The notes below the pieces were generated by a model. It did no database searches. It had not been told where the DNA came from and saw nothing but the letters and a program-made list of their open reading frames with translations. The position numbers and the translations under genes were made by a program. 64,000 nt of DNA, taken from Spirochaetales bacterium. GTDB lineage: Bacteria; Spirochaetota; Spirochaetia; Treponematales; UBA12059. Location of the stretch: positions 1 to 64,000 of the forward strand of contig JAFGJV010000048.1 of the NCBI GenBank assembly GCA_016928955.1, given 5' to 3'. Each line of letters starts with the position of its first letter. Within the stretch, counting starts at the first letter, position 1. Below are positions 63,972 through 64,000 of the stretch, one piece after another.

Positions 63972-64000
63972 AGTCGGCCACGGCCATGACCAGCGCGCCT

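Overview
High-GC bacterial chromosome segment, most likely from a free-living anaerobic spirochaete. This is inferred from the fliS-flgN-polA-coaE-SPOR order, sigma28-type promoters and several lipoproteins. Left part: parE-parC, pseudouridine catabolism (psuK-psuG), a J-domain protein, fliS/flgN, polA, coaE, a SPOR protein and an AI-2E transporter. The centre (11.3-35.1 kb) is a ~24-kb purine-catabolism island: NCS2 permease, adenine deaminase, XdhAB-type xanthine dehydrogenase, an allantoinase-like hydrolase, YgfK, SsnA, YgeY, two fold-type-II PLP enzymes, an 8-oxoguanine-deaminase-like enzyme, YgfM-XdhD and YgeW. It resembles the reductive urate (2,8-dioxopurine) pathway but has no recognisable YgeX/DpaL or HyuA. 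Right part: dCache-PAS-GGDEF protein, DUF4139 protein, radical SAM/TIGR03915 pair, NUDIX, hybrid kinase, GH25 lipoprotein, MocA-like enzyme with a FecBCD-type ABC importer, YbjN plus ClpA-like ATPase, E2-like protein, cupin, subtilase, FmdB, metallopeptidase, gpsA, pepF, ndk. Non-coding signals include many sigma70 promoters whose -10 box lies 6-8 nt before the start codon (probable leaderless mRNAs), palindromic operator candidates, MITE-like elements, a structured permease leader and two unannotated small ORFs. No rRNA, tRNA, CRISPR array or intact transposase was seen. All calls come from reading motifs by eye; no database searches were run.
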